From: a virus
Lineage: Duplodnaviria > Caudoviricetes
DNA: 39,062 nt
IMG/VR virus record: IMGVR_UViG_3300027820_000018
Location: 1 to 39,062 of that record
Direction: 5' to 3' (one strand)
Shown here: positions 25,228 through 35,309 of the stretch, one piece after another
Position numbering within the stretch: the first letter of the stretch is position 1
Layout: each line of letters opens with the position of its first letter
Notes under the pieces: model-generated
Database searches by the model: none
What the model saw: only the letters and a program-made list of their open reading frames with translations
Told to the model about the DNA's origin: nothing
Position numbers and translations under genes: made by a program

Positions 25228-25503
25228 ATGCTCAATAAGATTCTGTCATCTGCAACCGCACCAGCGGCAAAGATTGCGCTTAGCGTCCTCGGGCCTGTGG
25301 TCGCGAAAGTATTCTGGGCTCTGCTTTACAATATGCTCCATCTTGCAATCAGTCGGGCTGAGAAGAAGGTTCAGGCTTATGTGGAGTCAACGCCGGGCGC
25401 TGCTGATGATGAAGCGTTTAAAGCATATCTGGACAATCGTCAGCAGGTTCTGACAGCAATCGACAGTCTGTACAGCATGGCAAAGGGGAAATTCAATGGC
25501 TAA
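25228..25503 (+). CDS. Hypothetical protein with a hydrophobic N-half
   Basis: RBS ggagg; 91 aa. Confidence 0.6.
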   Translation: MLNKILSSATAPAAKIALSVLGPVVAKVFWALLYNMLHLAISRAEKKVQAYVESTPGAADDEAFKAYLDNRQQVLTAIDSLYSMAKGKFNG

Positions 25504-25633
25504 GACTAAGACACCACAACGCGGACAGCGTGCGAAGACTAACAAGTCAGGCAAGAAGCCGGTTAAGAAGGCCCAGAAGGTTGCTGTAGGCTTTGACCGT
25601 ACCATTACCAAAAAGCCAAAGATTCTGTCATGA
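25496..25633 (+). CDS. Very basic 45-aa peptide
   Basis: MAKTKTPQRGQRAKTNKSGKKPVKKAQKVAVGFDRTITKKPKILS; RBS aagggga; coupled to neighbours. Confidence 0.55.
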   Translation: MAKTKTPQRGQRAKTNKSGKKPVKKAQKVAVGFDRTITKKPKILS

Positions 25634-26073
25634 GCTTCATATTCTGCGCTGTCTGTCTAGCTATCTTCCTGAAGACTGGAAAGAACCTTGCCGCGTCCGC
25701 TTCGGTGGGGTTTGCTGTTGCTGGCTTTGCTCCTGATCTTCAGAGTTATGAGGCAACAATCACCGCTCTTCTGGCTATCAACTTCACCCTGTTTGTCATC
25801 GCTCTTGCTGAATACTCCATAAACAAAACCCCTCTCTCCCGAGTTCTGATGTGGCTTTACCTGTCCGCTCTGGCTGTTACAGCTTCTTACGTTGTGACAA
25901 CAAGTGTCGTGCAGGGTCATGTTCTTGTAGCCATGTCAGTGATAGAGTTAATCGCACTATCATCACTGGACGGGTGCAAGAGTCTATATGGAGATATTAA
26001 GCTCACTGTTCATTCTGTTCGCCGTGGGGTTGGTCGGGCACTCCATCATGATGACGCTGAGGGCGGAAAATGA
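25630..26073 (+). CDS. Multi-TM membrane protein
   Basis: Four to five hydrophobic segments. Confidence 0.65.
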   Translation: MSFIFCAVCLAIFLKTGKNLAASASVGFAVAGFAPDLQSYEATITALLAINFTLFVIALAEYSINKTPLSRVLMWLYLSALAVTASYVVTTSVVQGHVLVAMSVIELIALSSLDGCKSLYGDIKLTVHSVRRGVGRALHHDDAEGGK

Positions 26074-26288
26074 GCATAGACGAAAGATGGCAGACCGGGC
26101 CAGTGATGCTGATTCTAGGAACGGTGTGGACGTTCGCCGCAAATAATCCGACAGAGTTTGTCGGTGTGTGCGTCAGTATTGGCGGTTTTATTATCATGTT
26201 GGTCAAGTTTCTTGAGGAAAGAGGCCAGCGGAATGAGCGCCACAAACTGAAGATGGAATTGCTACGAAAGCAGTTAAACGACGAATGA
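26070..26288 (+). CDS. Putative holin
   Basis: 72 aa, one to two TM segments and a charged C-terminal tail. Confidence 0.55.
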   Translation: MSIDERWQTGPVMLILGTVWTFAANNPTEFVGVCVSIGGFIIMLVKFLEERGQRNERHKLKMELLRKQLNDE

Positions 26289-26306
26289 GCCGAAAGGCTC
26301 TTTTTT
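26287..26306 (+). terminator. Rho-independent terminator
   Basis: GAGCC-GAAA-GGCTC-TTTTTT. Confidence 0.75.
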
Positions 26307-26343
26307 AGGCTGCAAATTGACAGAAAAACGGGGAAAAGACGGA

Positions 26344-26784
26344 ATGGCGAAGTTTGATTCTGAGAACCAGCCGAAAGAGCGCAGCCCGAGAGGCCGTGAT
26401 AAGCGCCTGCTGATAATTGAGGCTCTGGAGCGTCAGGGGCGGTCTGAAAAAGAATTCTACGACCTGTTGGTAATGGCTGCGCTTGGTATATCCGAAGATG
26501 AGGCGGTAGCTAAATTACAGCCTGTTGCATTCACCGAAATGATGAAGCGCCTGCATCCGATACCAAAGCAAGTTGCCCCGGTTATCGAATTTGATTACCC
26601 GGCAGATGGGACGCTACTGGAGAAAGCCCAAGCTATCGAGGCAGGTATCTCAGATGCAACCATTCCGCCTGACATTGGTATCGGCCTAATTCAGGCATTG
26701 GCGAACGTTGCCAAGGTTGAAGAGGTGACGGAAATCAAAGAGCGCCTTGAACGGCTTGAGCAACTACTGGAGAAAGGGGATTGA
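26344..26784 (+). CDS. Putative terminase small subunit
   Basis: Directly upstream of and coupled to TerL; FDSENQP...PRGR N-terminus. Confidence 0.65.
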   Translation: MAKFDSENQPKERSPRGRDKRLLIIEALERQGRSEKEFYDLLVMAALGISEDEAVAKLQPVAFTEMMKRLHPIPKQVAPVIEFDYPADGTLLEKAQAIEAGISDATIPPDIGIGLIQALANVAKVEEVTEIKERLERLEQLLEKGD

Positions 26785-28391
26785 CCCTATCTAAGCGCCT
26801 TGATGAGCTAGAGAGCCGTGTAGCTGCCAATAGTGGTAGTGGCGAGTCTACGCCTATCGGTGTTTACCGTCCGTCTGATAACGGCCCCGGGTTCGTCAAG
26901 GCCGTCAAGTATCAGAATGGCGAATGGGTAGACACGGACGAACCGCACAAGGCTACGATTCCAGAGGCAATGCTTCCGGCGCTGACTGCTGATAGTCGCT
27001 TCATTGTCATTATCGGTGGCCGTGGTTCTGGTAAGTCTCAGGGGTGGGCGCAAGTCTCTGGAATCAAGATGGCCGACCAAGGCGTAAAGGTCGGTTGCTT
27101 CCGTGAATTTCAGAACAGCATTGAAGACTCCGTTTACTCCATCATAGAAAACCAAGTAAGGCGTATTGGCCTTTCTGGGTTCACGTTTATCAATAACGCT
27201 ATCCGGTCAGCGTCCGGAGGTGAGGCGAAATTCAGAGGGCTGGCACGAAACCCTGATTCGATTAAGTCGATGGATGGGTTTGGTCTGTTTTGGGTGGAAG
27301 AGGCGCAAGCCAGCACAGAAAACAGCCTGAAGCTGCTTACCCCTACAATGCGGAAGGAAGGCGGCCAGATTGTTTTCACTGCAAACCCGGGTAGCTCAGA
27401 AGACCCGTTCAGTAAGCGATTTATAACGCCATTCAAAGACGCGCTAGACCGCGACGGATTCTATCAGGACGAACTACATACGATTGTCCGCGTGAATTGG
27501 AAGGACAACCCGTGGTTCCCTGAAGAACTTAATCAAGAACGATTATGGGACTTAGAGCACCTGCCCCGCGCACTATACGACCATATCTGGGAAGGCGAAT
27601 TTAATGACTCAGTACCGAACGGCCTCATCATGGCCGAATGGTTTGACGCCTGTATTGATGCTCACAAGAAGTTGGGCGGATTTGAGCCTAGAGGCATCCG
27701 GAAAGCAGCACACGACCCGTCAGACTTGGGTGATGACCCTAAGGCGTTCGCGTATCGGCATGGCAATGTTTTCCTTGCTGTAGAAGAGCGTGACGACCTA
27801 GATGTGAATGAGGGCGCAGACTGGGCAACCGGGCTGGCCCTGCAACTTGGTGTTGATGCGTTCGAGTGGGATGTGGGCGGCCTTGGCCTTGGGTTGCGCA
27901 GGGATATCACAAAGGACTTTGACGGGAAACAGGTGGTTGTGTCTCAGTTCAATGGCGCTGAGTCCCCTGATTTTCCTGATGCAATCTATCAACCGACACT
28001 AGCAAGCGAAATCACACATAAGGACAGCAAGACCAACAAACAGGTATTCAGGAACAAGCGGGCGCAGTATTACGCAGAACTCAGAGACAGGGTTTACAGG
28101 ACATACCGAGCCGTGGTGTTTGGTGAGTTGTGCGACCCTGAAGAACTGATCAGTTTTAGCTCTGAGATTAAGCACCTGTCAAAACTCAGGTCTGAAATGT
28201 GCCGTATGCCGATTAAGCCGAATAGCTCTGGGCTGTTCGAGCTGTACACAAAACAGGAGATGCGCAGCAAGTTTAAGGTTAAATCGCCTAACTTGACTGA
28301 TAGTGTTATGATGTGTATTAGGCATGTAGCACTTAAGCGGCAATCACAAACGGTAGCGCCGCCACAGGTAAAACGATACAGGACACGCTGA
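26781..28391 (+). CDS. terL: Terminase large subunit (PBSX/Sf6-like)
   Basis: IGGRGSGKS Walker A, REFQNSI, WVEEA Walker B, DNPWFP, HIWEGE, KSPNLTDS. Confidence 0.95.
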   Translation: MTLSKRLDELESRVAANSGSGESTPIGVYRPSDNGPGFVKAVKYQNGEWVDTDEPHKATIPEAMLPALTADSRFIVIIGGRGSGKSQGWAQVSGIKMADQGVKVGCFREFQNSIEDSVYSIIENQVRRIGLSGFTFINNAIRSASGGEAKFRGLARNPDSIKSMDGFGLFWVEEAQASTENSLKLLTPTMRKEGGQIVFTANPGSSEDPFSKRFITPFKDALDRDGFYQDELHTIVRVNWKDNPWFPEELNQERLWDLEHLPRALYDHIWEGEFNDSVPNGLIMAEWFDACIDAHKKLGGFEPRGIRKAAHDPSDLGDDPKAFAYRHGNVFLAVEERDDLDVNEGADWATGLALQLGVDAFEWDVGGLGLGLRRDITKDFDGKQVVVSQFNGAESPDFPDAIYQPTLASEITHKDSKTNKQVFRNKRAQYYAELRDRVYRTYRAVVFGELCDPEELISFSSEIKHLSKLRSEMCRMPIKPNSSGLFELYTKQEMRSKFKVKSPNLTDSVMMCIRHVALKRQSQTVAPPQVKRYRTR

Positions 28392-28393
28392 CA

Positions 28394-30472
28394 ATGTATG
28401 ATGACGCGGTAGATATCAAAGAGAAGATTGACAAGGCTTTTGATTTTACGCGGGAGCCAAGAGACCGCGCTGCAGATGACTGGATTTTTGCTCACTTCAA
28501 TCAATGGGACGAAGACCTAGAGGATTACTCAGATAATGAGTATCGGGGTCAATTCGACATCATTAGTCGGCAGATTCGTCAGGTTAAGTCTGAGATGCTG
28601 GCAAACCCTATCAGCGTCAAGTATCGGGCTGTTGGCGGGGATGAGTCCAACAAAGAGGCTGCAGAGACGCTACAGGGCATGTATCGAGCCAGTATGCGCA
28701 CGAACATGGCTAAGGAAGCTCTTGATATTGCCATTGACTCTCAGGTGTCTGTTGGCTTTGGTGCGTGGCGTATCTGCACTGAGTACGAGGACCACGGTGA
28801 AAACGATGTAACGACGCAGCGCATTGTCCGAAAGCCAATCCATGAAGCTAACAACACGGTTTACTTTGACCCTGCCGCGACCCGTAGAGACAAGTCAGAC
28901 GCCAAGTGGGGCGGCATTCTTACTCGCTACACAAAAGACTCTCACAAAGAGCTATGCGAGGAATACGGGTGCGACCACCACACAGGAGCAAGTGCGGCCT
29001 CTCCTGCCAACTCTGGTGTGTTTGCTTTCTCTGGTGGCGATTATGTCTGGGTTGCTGAGCACTACGAAGTAAAGACCAAGAAAAAGAAAGTCTTAGTCAT
29101 GTCGAATGGCTATGAAACCATCACCGTCCCACGTAACAAGGGTGATGAGGTAGCGGCGCTGGCAGATATGGGTTACGACGTAACAGCCCGCAAAGAGGTC
29201 AAGGTTCGTGAAGTCAATAAATATATCGTTGATGGCGACGGTGTTATTGATGGCCCCGTCCGCGTTGCTGGTGAGCACATCCCTATCATTCCGGTATTCG
29301 GTGAGTGGCGTTACATTGAGGGACAAGAGTACTGGGAGGGTATGGTTCGCCGCGCTAAAGACCCGCAACGCCTTCACAATATGGGTATGTCGTTTGTTGC
29401 TGACCAAATGGGTAGAAGTCCGAGACGCAAGCCTGTGTTCACTGATGAGCAAATACGCGGCCATGAGTACATGTACACGTCAGATGGTGATTACGCCTAT
29501 TACCTAATGAATGCCCGTGATGAGCAAGGCCAGCCTATCGACCGAACAATTCAGTACATGGAAGGCCCGCAAATCACCGGGGCTGAAGCAACATTCCTAC
29601 AACTGACTGAAAAGGCGGTTCAGGACGTTACTGTAACTCCGGTAGTTGGTGAAAACGCCCTGAGTGATGGTGTGACAGAGGGTCAGCTTCGACTGGCTAA
29701 CAGTCAGAACCAGATGCAGACGTTCGTGTATCAACACAATCTTGCCACGGCGATGCGCCGCGACGGTGAGATTTATCAGTCTATCGCTGCTGAGATTTAT
29801 GTGGATGAGATGGAAGTCCCGTCTATGGGTGAAGATGATGTGACCGAGCTGGTTACTATCAATGAGCCGGGATATGACAGCACCGGGCGCCCGCATATCA
29901 AGAACGAAATCGCTGACATTTCCTTTGAAGTGTACACAGACATTGGCCCAGCGTTCCAAGACCAGAAGGACGCAGCAAAGGCGACACTACTGGAGACCGC
30001 ACAAGCACTTGGCGCTCAAGACCCATTGGGTAGACTGGCTTACCTGCAATATATGACCATGCTGGACGTACCGGGCGGACAGGACTTTGAAGAGTACCTG
30101 AAGGCAGAAGCGCTGAAGGCTGGTATTCGCAAGCCGAAGACAGAAGAAGAGCAGATGTTCTTGGCTCAGCTTCAGCAGGCTGCTGCACAACAGCCACCAT
30201 CCGCTGACCAGATGATTGGTCAGGCTGAAATGATGAAAGCCCAAGCTGATGTAATGACGGCACAAACCAAGCTCAATTCAGCCCAGTTTGATGCGGCCAA
30301 GTCTGTTGCTGATGCTGAGTATAAGCAAGCGCAGACGGCTGAGATTCTGTCACGACTCCAGCAGGTAGACCTTGACCGACTGAACAAGGTTCTTGAACTT
30401 GTGGAGAAAGAGCAGCAAATTAAAGGCAATGCAGCCGACCGGCTAACACAGCAATACGGCGCAATGCAATAA
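28394..30472 (+). CDS. P22-like portal protein
   Basis: 692 aa; QWD...YRGQFDI, GFGAWRI.TEYE, GEHIPIIPVFG, AKDPQRLHN; Gln/Ala barrel tail. Confidence 0.93.
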   Translation: MYDDAVDIKEKIDKAFDFTREPRDRAADDWIFAHFNQWDEDLEDYSDNEYRGQFDIISRQIRQVKSEMLANPISVKYRAVGGDESNKEAAETLQGMYRASMRTNMAKEALDIAIDSQVSVGFGAWRICTEYEDHGENDVTTQRIVRKPIHEANNTVYFDPAATRRDKSDAKWGGILTRYTKDSHKELCEEYGCDHHTGASAASPANSGVFAFSGGDYVWVAEHYEVKTKKKKVLVMSNGYETITVPRNKGDEVAALADMGYDVTARKEVKVREVNKYIVDGDGVIDGPVRVAGEHIPIIPVFGEWRYIEGQEYWEGMVRRAKDPQRLHNMGMSFVADQMGRSPRRKPVFTDEQIRGHEYMYTSDGDYAYYLMNARDEQGQPIDRTIQYMEGPQITGAEATFLQLTEKAVQDVTVTPVVGENALSDGVTEGQLRLANSQNQMQTFVYQHNLATAMRRDGEIYQSIAAEIYVDEMEVPSMGEDDVTELVTINEPGYDSTGRPHIKNEIADISFEVYTDIGPAFQDQKDAAKATLLETAQALGAQDPLGRLAYLQYMTMLDVPGGQDFEEYLKAEALKAGIRKPKTEEEQMFLAQLQQAAAQQPPSADQMIGQAEMMKAQADVMTAQTKLNSAQFDAAKSVADAEYKQAQTAEILSRLQQVDLDRLNKVLELVEKEQQIKGNAADRLTQQYGAMQ

Positions 30473-30569
30473 GGTGTTTGCTATAAGAAACCCAATTCTT
30501 ATAGAATATCGTTATGGCCTCCGCTGGCTTTAATAGCGCGATTATCTACCCTACCATGCAGGAGTTCGC

Positions 30570-31553
30570 ATGAGCACAAACGACGTGATGCAAGATGACG
30601 AGTACGAAAACGAACCGGAAGCCGTAGAGGAAGCCACAACCGATACGGAAGAAGTGGAAGAATCGGAGCCTGTGGCGGGCGAGGATTCAGAAGCCGAAGA
30701 AGGTGAGGACGAATACGAAGTTGTTGAGCGTAAGCCGGAACCGTCACCGGAAGCGAAGAAGCAAAACGCAGCATTTGCAAAACAGCGGATTGAAGCAAAA
30801 GAGGCCAAGCGCCGCGCTCAGGAAGCTGAAGAGCAATTGCGTCAGATTGAGCAGGGTTATATCCCTGAGAGTCTGAAAGAAAAGCTGAGTGTGCAGCCGT
30901 CTCTGCCTGAGCAACCGAAGTGGGAAGACTATTTCTCTGATTCGGCTCTGGAAAAGTACGGCTATGACCAGTCACGAGCGCAGGCGGCGTTTAACGCTGC
31001 TCAGAGCCAATGGCTCTTTGATGCGCAAAATGCCCGGTCAACCAGTCAGGTTCAGGAAACGCAAAAGCGCCAGCAGTTTATTGAACAGGAGCGCAAGCGT
31101 ATTCAGGCAGTGCAGAAGGTGGCTAAGGCCGCTGAATCACTGAATCTGGAAACGTTCGATGATTCTGCAGGTAAGCTGGACAAGATGATTCCGGGGTCAG
31201 TTGACTACATTGCGGGATTCTTTGGTGCTGATTCGAGAGAGGCTGCTGCCGTGATTAACTTTCTGGGTCGGAATCCAGAACGGGCACGGGAGATTAACAG
31301 CTTGTCCGCACCTGAAGCGTTGAATGAGCTGGCAAAACTTGGTTATCGCGAGTTGCTGATTCAAAAGAAAAAGCGTGTTGTTCCTGATGCTGATTCAGGT
31401 CTTGAAGGTGGTGCTCCGGCCCCGGTCAATACCACAGCGTGGAAGAAGGAACTCAGCAAGCTTATTGAGTCTGATACTGCTGAATATCGAAAGCGTAAGG
31501 CTGAGATTGAACGGCAGATCGGGCGAAGAATTGAAAATCATGAACTCCTGTGA
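30570..31553 (+). CDS. Scaffolding protein
   Basis: Acidic N-terminus, NAAFAKQRI, helical; between portal and coat. Confidence 0.82.
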   Translation: MSTNDVMQDDEYENEPEAVEEATTDTEEVEESEPVAGEDSEAEEGEDEYEVVERKPEPSPEAKKQNAAFAKQRIEAKEAKRRAQEAEEQLRQIEQGYIPESLKEKLSVQPSLPEQPKWEDYFSDSALEKYGYDQSRAQAAFNAAQSQWLFDAQNARSTSQVQETQKRQQFIEQERKRIQAVQKVAKAAESLNLETFDDSAGKLDKMIPGSVDYIAGFFGADSREAAAVINFLGRNPERAREINSLSAPEALNELAKLGYRELLIQKKKRVVPDADSGLEGGAPAPVNTTAWKKELSKLIESDTAEYRKRKAEIERQIGRRIENHELL

Positions 31554-31561
31554 GGTGACTT

Positions 31562-32842
31562 ATGTCTCTTAATACTGCAAAACAAGTCAAGGTGATGTTT
31601 AACGACGTCCTTGACCAGATGGAAAAACAGCAGGCGCTTGCCGTCAAAGCTGAAAAATACAACGTGTCAGGTGCTGAGCTGCAGAATGCTCAGAATCAAA
31701 TCTGGCGTCAGATTGAACAGCAACGCGCTGTGAAAGAAGGCTGGACGTTCACTGACTCTGATTTCGGTGACATTATCGAGCTGTCCTACCCGGCTGCGCT
31801 GGGCGACCCTCAGAACAGTCTGCACTCTCTCCGTGCTGACGACTTCCGCGACCGCTCCTTTATGGAACGTGCGGCCCGTGCTGCTTCTTCTCGCCTGCTG
31901 GCAGACCAGAATAGTCGTATTGCGTCACTGGTGAAAGACACTGGCTCTATCTACTACCGTTCTACTGTAGATGGTTCTGTTGGTAATACTGGTTACGATG
32001 CAATCAAACTGGCAACCACTATCCTGTCTGAACGTCAGGCTGACATGTCCGCTGGTGTTACCATGTTCCTGAATGACCGCGATGCTCAGCGCATTAGCTC
32101 TGACGTTGCGAACCGTTCGAACATGAATGGTATGCCTGAGACTGTTTACAAAAACGGCATGATTGCATACAACACTGCTGGTCTTGACCTGTACGAATCC
32201 TCAGTGATGCCTGCAATTACCGGTGGCGCTTCTCCGTCAACCACTGTTGCAACTACTGTGTCGCAAGGCCCGGTAGCGAATCAGACAGTTGCTGGTCAGG
32301 TTCTGCCGGTTGATTACCGTATCTCTGACGACATCGCTATTACTGACGCTTCTGGCTTCAATGTTGGCGACTGGGTAGAGTTCACTGGTGTTAACTCTGT
32401 TGGCCTGCACGACAAGACTCCTACCGGTCAAACGATGACCTTTAAGATTGTTGCGAAGTCTGGCAACAACATTAAGGTTTATCCGCGCCCGATTGCAGCT
32501 GATGATGCCGGCCTCACTGATGATGAAAAAGCGTTCGCGAACATCGATACTCAGATTACCTCTGGCACTGCCATTGTTCGTCTGAACACCGATACCAGCA
32601 AGCGCGGGAACATCTTCTGGACTAACGATTCAATCGAAATCCTGAACGCAGATGCTCCTATCGACTATCTGGGTCAGCTGGACGGCATGACCGTTATCCG
32701 TGAGACTCTGTCTTCTGGTACTACCGTGTACATGGCTTACCAAGGCTCTATCAATGACATGAGCCTGAAGTGCCGCCTGTTCACTTGGTACGGACTGACA
32801 AACCGCGACCCAAGCCGCAACGGCATGTTTGTTGTAGCTTGA
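31562..32842 (+). CDS. Major capsid protein, P22 gp5 family
   Basis: 426 aa; LRADDFRD, VDYR, GVNSV, AFANIDT, KCRLFTWYG. Confidence 0.93.
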   Translation: MSLNTAKQVKVMFNDVLDQMEKQQALAVKAEKYNVSGAELQNAQNQIWRQIEQQRAVKEGWTFTDSDFGDIIELSYPAALGDPQNSLHSLRADDFRDRSFMERAARAASSRLLADQNSRIASLVKDTGSIYYRSTVDGSVGNTGYDAIKLATTILSERQADMSAGVTMFLNDRDAQRISSDVANRSNMNGMPETVYKNGMIAYNTAGLDLYESSVMPAITGGASPSTTVATTVSQGPVANQTVAGQVLPVDYRISDDIAITDASGFNVGDWVEFTGVNSVGLHDKTPTGQTMTFKIVAKSGNNIKVYPRPIAADDAGLTDDEKAFANIDTQITSGTAIVRLNTDTSKRGNIFWTNDSIEILNADAPIDYLGQLDGMTVIRETLSSGTTVYMAYQGSINDMSLKCRLFTWYGLTNRDPSRNGMFVVA

Positions 32843-32849
32843 TGACTGG

Positions 32850-32872
32850 GGGGGCTTCGGCCCCCTTTCTTT
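32850..32872 (+). terminator. Rho-independent terminator after the coat gene
   Basis: GGGGGC-TTCG-GCCCCC-TTTCTTT. Confidence 0.85.
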
Positions 32873-32886
32873 AACGAGGAAGGGTA

Positions 32887-33159
32887 ATGATTCGACTATA
32901 CAAGAAAGGCACGCAGTACGACTTTCATGGCATTAAACTTGATGCTGTCGTAATTGATGAATCAGAAGCGGATAAATACCGGTCAGAAGGCTGGGGTGAC
33001 GCTTGGGATATCCTCAAAGCGGAAAAGTCTGATAAAATTGACACAAACGATTCGGGCGCTCTTTCTGCTGATGAAGTACGTCAGGCGGCAAAAGAAGCCG
33101 GAATTGAAGGCTGGGACACGAAGCGGATTAAGACGCTCAAATCTGAATTAGGTGTGTAA
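32887..33159 (+). CDS. Hypothetical protein in the P22 orf186-like position
   Basis: LYKKG...EGW; C-terminal AKEAGIEGW...IKTL helical hairpin. Confidence 0.7.
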   Translation: MIRLYKKGTQYDFHGIKLDAVVIDESEADKYRSEGWGDAWDILKAEKSDKIDTNDSGALSADEVRQAAKEAGIEGWDTKRIKTLKSELGV

Positions 33160-33656
33160 TGGCTACTAACCGTGAAATCATCACAAAAGCGTATCGTCGG
33201 ATTGGTTATTCTGATGTCTCTACTCAGGATTACGATGACGCCTTGTCTGATTTCAAGAATATGGTTTACGGCCTTGAGGGCGGATTAGGCCCGCTTGGGT
33301 ATCACGACAATTCCACGATTGACCAAGACACTGGAATGGATCAGCGATACAACGAAGGGCTTATCTCAATGCTTGCCCTGAATCTTGCTGAATCACTTGG
33401 CCTTGCCACTACGCCGCGCCTTGCTTCATCTTCTGCCGCTGGCCTTGCCGCTATTCGCAAACTGTCGGCACTTCCAATTAACTGGAAACACCCAAACAGA
33501 ATGCCCTTTGGTTCTGGGAACCAGCGCCAGCCATACCGCGACCGTGGGCGCTTCTATCGTGACTCACTGGTACAGCGCAGCATTAACGGAGCTATCAAAA
33601 TTGATGGCTCTTACATCACCCTTAACGGCTCTTATATGACGATAGGTAGCAGCTAA
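33159..33656 (+). CDS. P22 gp4-like head-tail adaptor
   Basis: IITKAYRRIG, LALNLA, PNRMPFGSGN. Confidence 0.85.
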   Translation: MATNREIITKAYRRIGYSDVSTQDYDDALSDFKNMVYGLEGGLGPLGYHDNSTIDQDTGMDQRYNEGLISMLALNLAESLGLATTPRLASSSAAGLAAIRKLSALPINWKHPNRMPFGSGNQRQPYRDRGRFYRDSLVQRSINGAIKIDGSYITLNGSYMTIGSS

Positions 33657-34069
33657 TGAAAACTTTCGTAATACCGCCAACAAATGGCACTTATCAAGAG
33701 GCAGACGTTACTGTTACCGGAACAAACACAGCGTCAGACCACTACATAAAACTGGCCTTCTCTCAGTTCACTGCCGGGAAAGTTGCCGTGCAATACAAGC
33801 CCGACGGCAAGCCGTGGGAGCCTGTAGGTTTTGCTGAGCTGACTTCGCCTGATGTTGCTGAATTTTATTTCTCTGAATCGGATGTGACTGACTGGCGCTT
33901 TGTCGTATCAGGCATTTCCGGCGGTGGCTATATTCAGATGGTTGATTCTGGCGTTGACACCCAACCGGGAATTAACAGTGTCAGCCTGAATAATGCAGTT
34001 GTCCTGACCGACGCTCAGTATGCGGCCACAACGCCATCTGACGACGTTCTTTACATCACCACGGGCTGA
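33656..34069 (+). CDS. Hypothetical beta-rich virion-like protein
   Basis: C-terminal VLTDAQYAATTPSDDVLYIT resembles tail-fibre junction motifs. Confidence 0.6.
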   Translation: MKTFVIPPTNGTYQEADVTVTGTNTASDHYIKLAFSQFTAGKVAVQYKPDGKPWEPVGFAELTSPDVAEFYFSESDVTDWRFVVSGISGGGYIQMVDSGVDTQPGINSVSLNNAVVLTDAQYAATTPSDDVLYITTG

Positions 34070-34078
34070 GGTGCTGAA

Positions 34079-35281
34079 ATGAGACTTTCAGACGCTACAG
34101 GCGTTTACATTGGCTCCACTCCGGTAAGCAAGCTATATGTCGGAATGCAGGAGGTGTGGAGTTCTGGTGCTGGATATGTTGAAACCGTCGCGGCGTTCGG
34201 CGAGTCTGGTTATCACGCCAGCACTCGGACAATTGGCAGTTCTCAGCAGGCTATGAGCCAGACTATTTTCACAGTTCAGCAAGAGCAGACGCATATGCGA
34301 CTGTTTTTTGACAATGCGTATTACGGCTCTGGTTCGTCTCCGAACATCACCAAAAATTCACCGGGATGGTCTGCGACTATATCCGCGTCAATCGTCGATA
34401 ATCTGGGTAATTTCACTCGGATTACATTCGGCGGCTCAAATGACGCTGTAATTGCTGATGGTGATGCGGTTATTTCTGACGAAGTGGAACTTACAGCTCC
34501 GATTGCTGCGGGCGCTACTCATTTTGTCCGGATTTATTACCGCTCTGCAACAGGCATTATATACAGTGATAAGGTTACTCAGTCAGTAGGAAACCGAATG
34601 GAGTTTGGCGCAACCGTTACGGATAAAACGATGTCGGGGACCATTGCAGGTTCTGACGGTCTTTCGCTTCCTCCGTTTGCACTGCTTGGTCGTGCTAGCG
34701 GCTCTGTTCGTGGCGCGCTGCTTATTGGTGACTCTATATGCTGGGGTGAAACTGGGGATGAACGCAGGGTTGATGGTGATTACGGCATTCTGTCGCAAAG
34801 CCTCACGGGCGCTCACCCTAACGTCATCATGGCGATGCCTGGCTCTCAGGTTCAGACGTTTCTTTCAAATCGCAGCAATATAGCCGACCTTGATCCGTAC
34901 ATTGATGTGGTAATTACAAACTACGGAACAAATGACCTTGGTGGCGGCGGACGCACTGTTCAGCAGGTTTTTGATGACCTTACGGCAATGCGCAACCTGC
35001 CAGCATATGCCGGTAAGGATTTCTACATCTGCACAATGTGCCCCCGGACAGACACAAGCAATAATCCGAACACTGTCACCCCGAAAGTTGTCGATTTCAA
35101 CACGCGACTGCGCTCAGGTGAGTTCGATTCAGTGTTTACCGGATGGTTTGACGTTGCCGCACCATTGGAGAGCGGAACAACTCCGGGAACTTGGGCTGAT
35201 TTCTCCGACACGAACGACGGACTACACCCGAATCAACAGGGTTACGATAAAGTGGCCGCAGCGGGCGTGATAACACTGTGA
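34079..35281 (+). CDS. SGNH/GDSL hydrolase-containing putative virion protein
   Basis: IGDSI (block I), PG, YGTND (block III), DGLHP (block V); N-terminal VYIGSTPVSKLYVGMQEVW. Confidence 0.85.
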   Translation: MRLSDATGVYIGSTPVSKLYVGMQEVWSSGAGYVETVAAFGESGYHASTRTIGSSQQAMSQTIFTVQQEQTHMRLFFDNAYYGSGSSPNITKNSPGWSATISASIVDNLGNFTRITFGGSNDAVIADGDAVISDEVELTAPIAAGATHFVRIYYRSATGIIYSDKVTQSVGNRMEFGATVTDKTMSGTIAGSDGLSLPPFALLGRASGSVRGALLIGDSICWGETGDERRVDGDYGILSQSLTGAHPNVIMAMPGSQVQTFLSNRSNIADLDPYIDVVITNYGTNDLGGGGRTVQQVFDDLTAMRNLPAYAGKDFYICTMCPRTDTSNNPNTVTPKVVDFNTRLRSGEFDSVFTGWFDVAAPLESGTTPGTWADFSDTNDGLHPNQQGYDKVAAAGVITL

Positions 35282-35309
35282 CAAACGACGAAATAAGCGC
35301 AGGTGAAGC

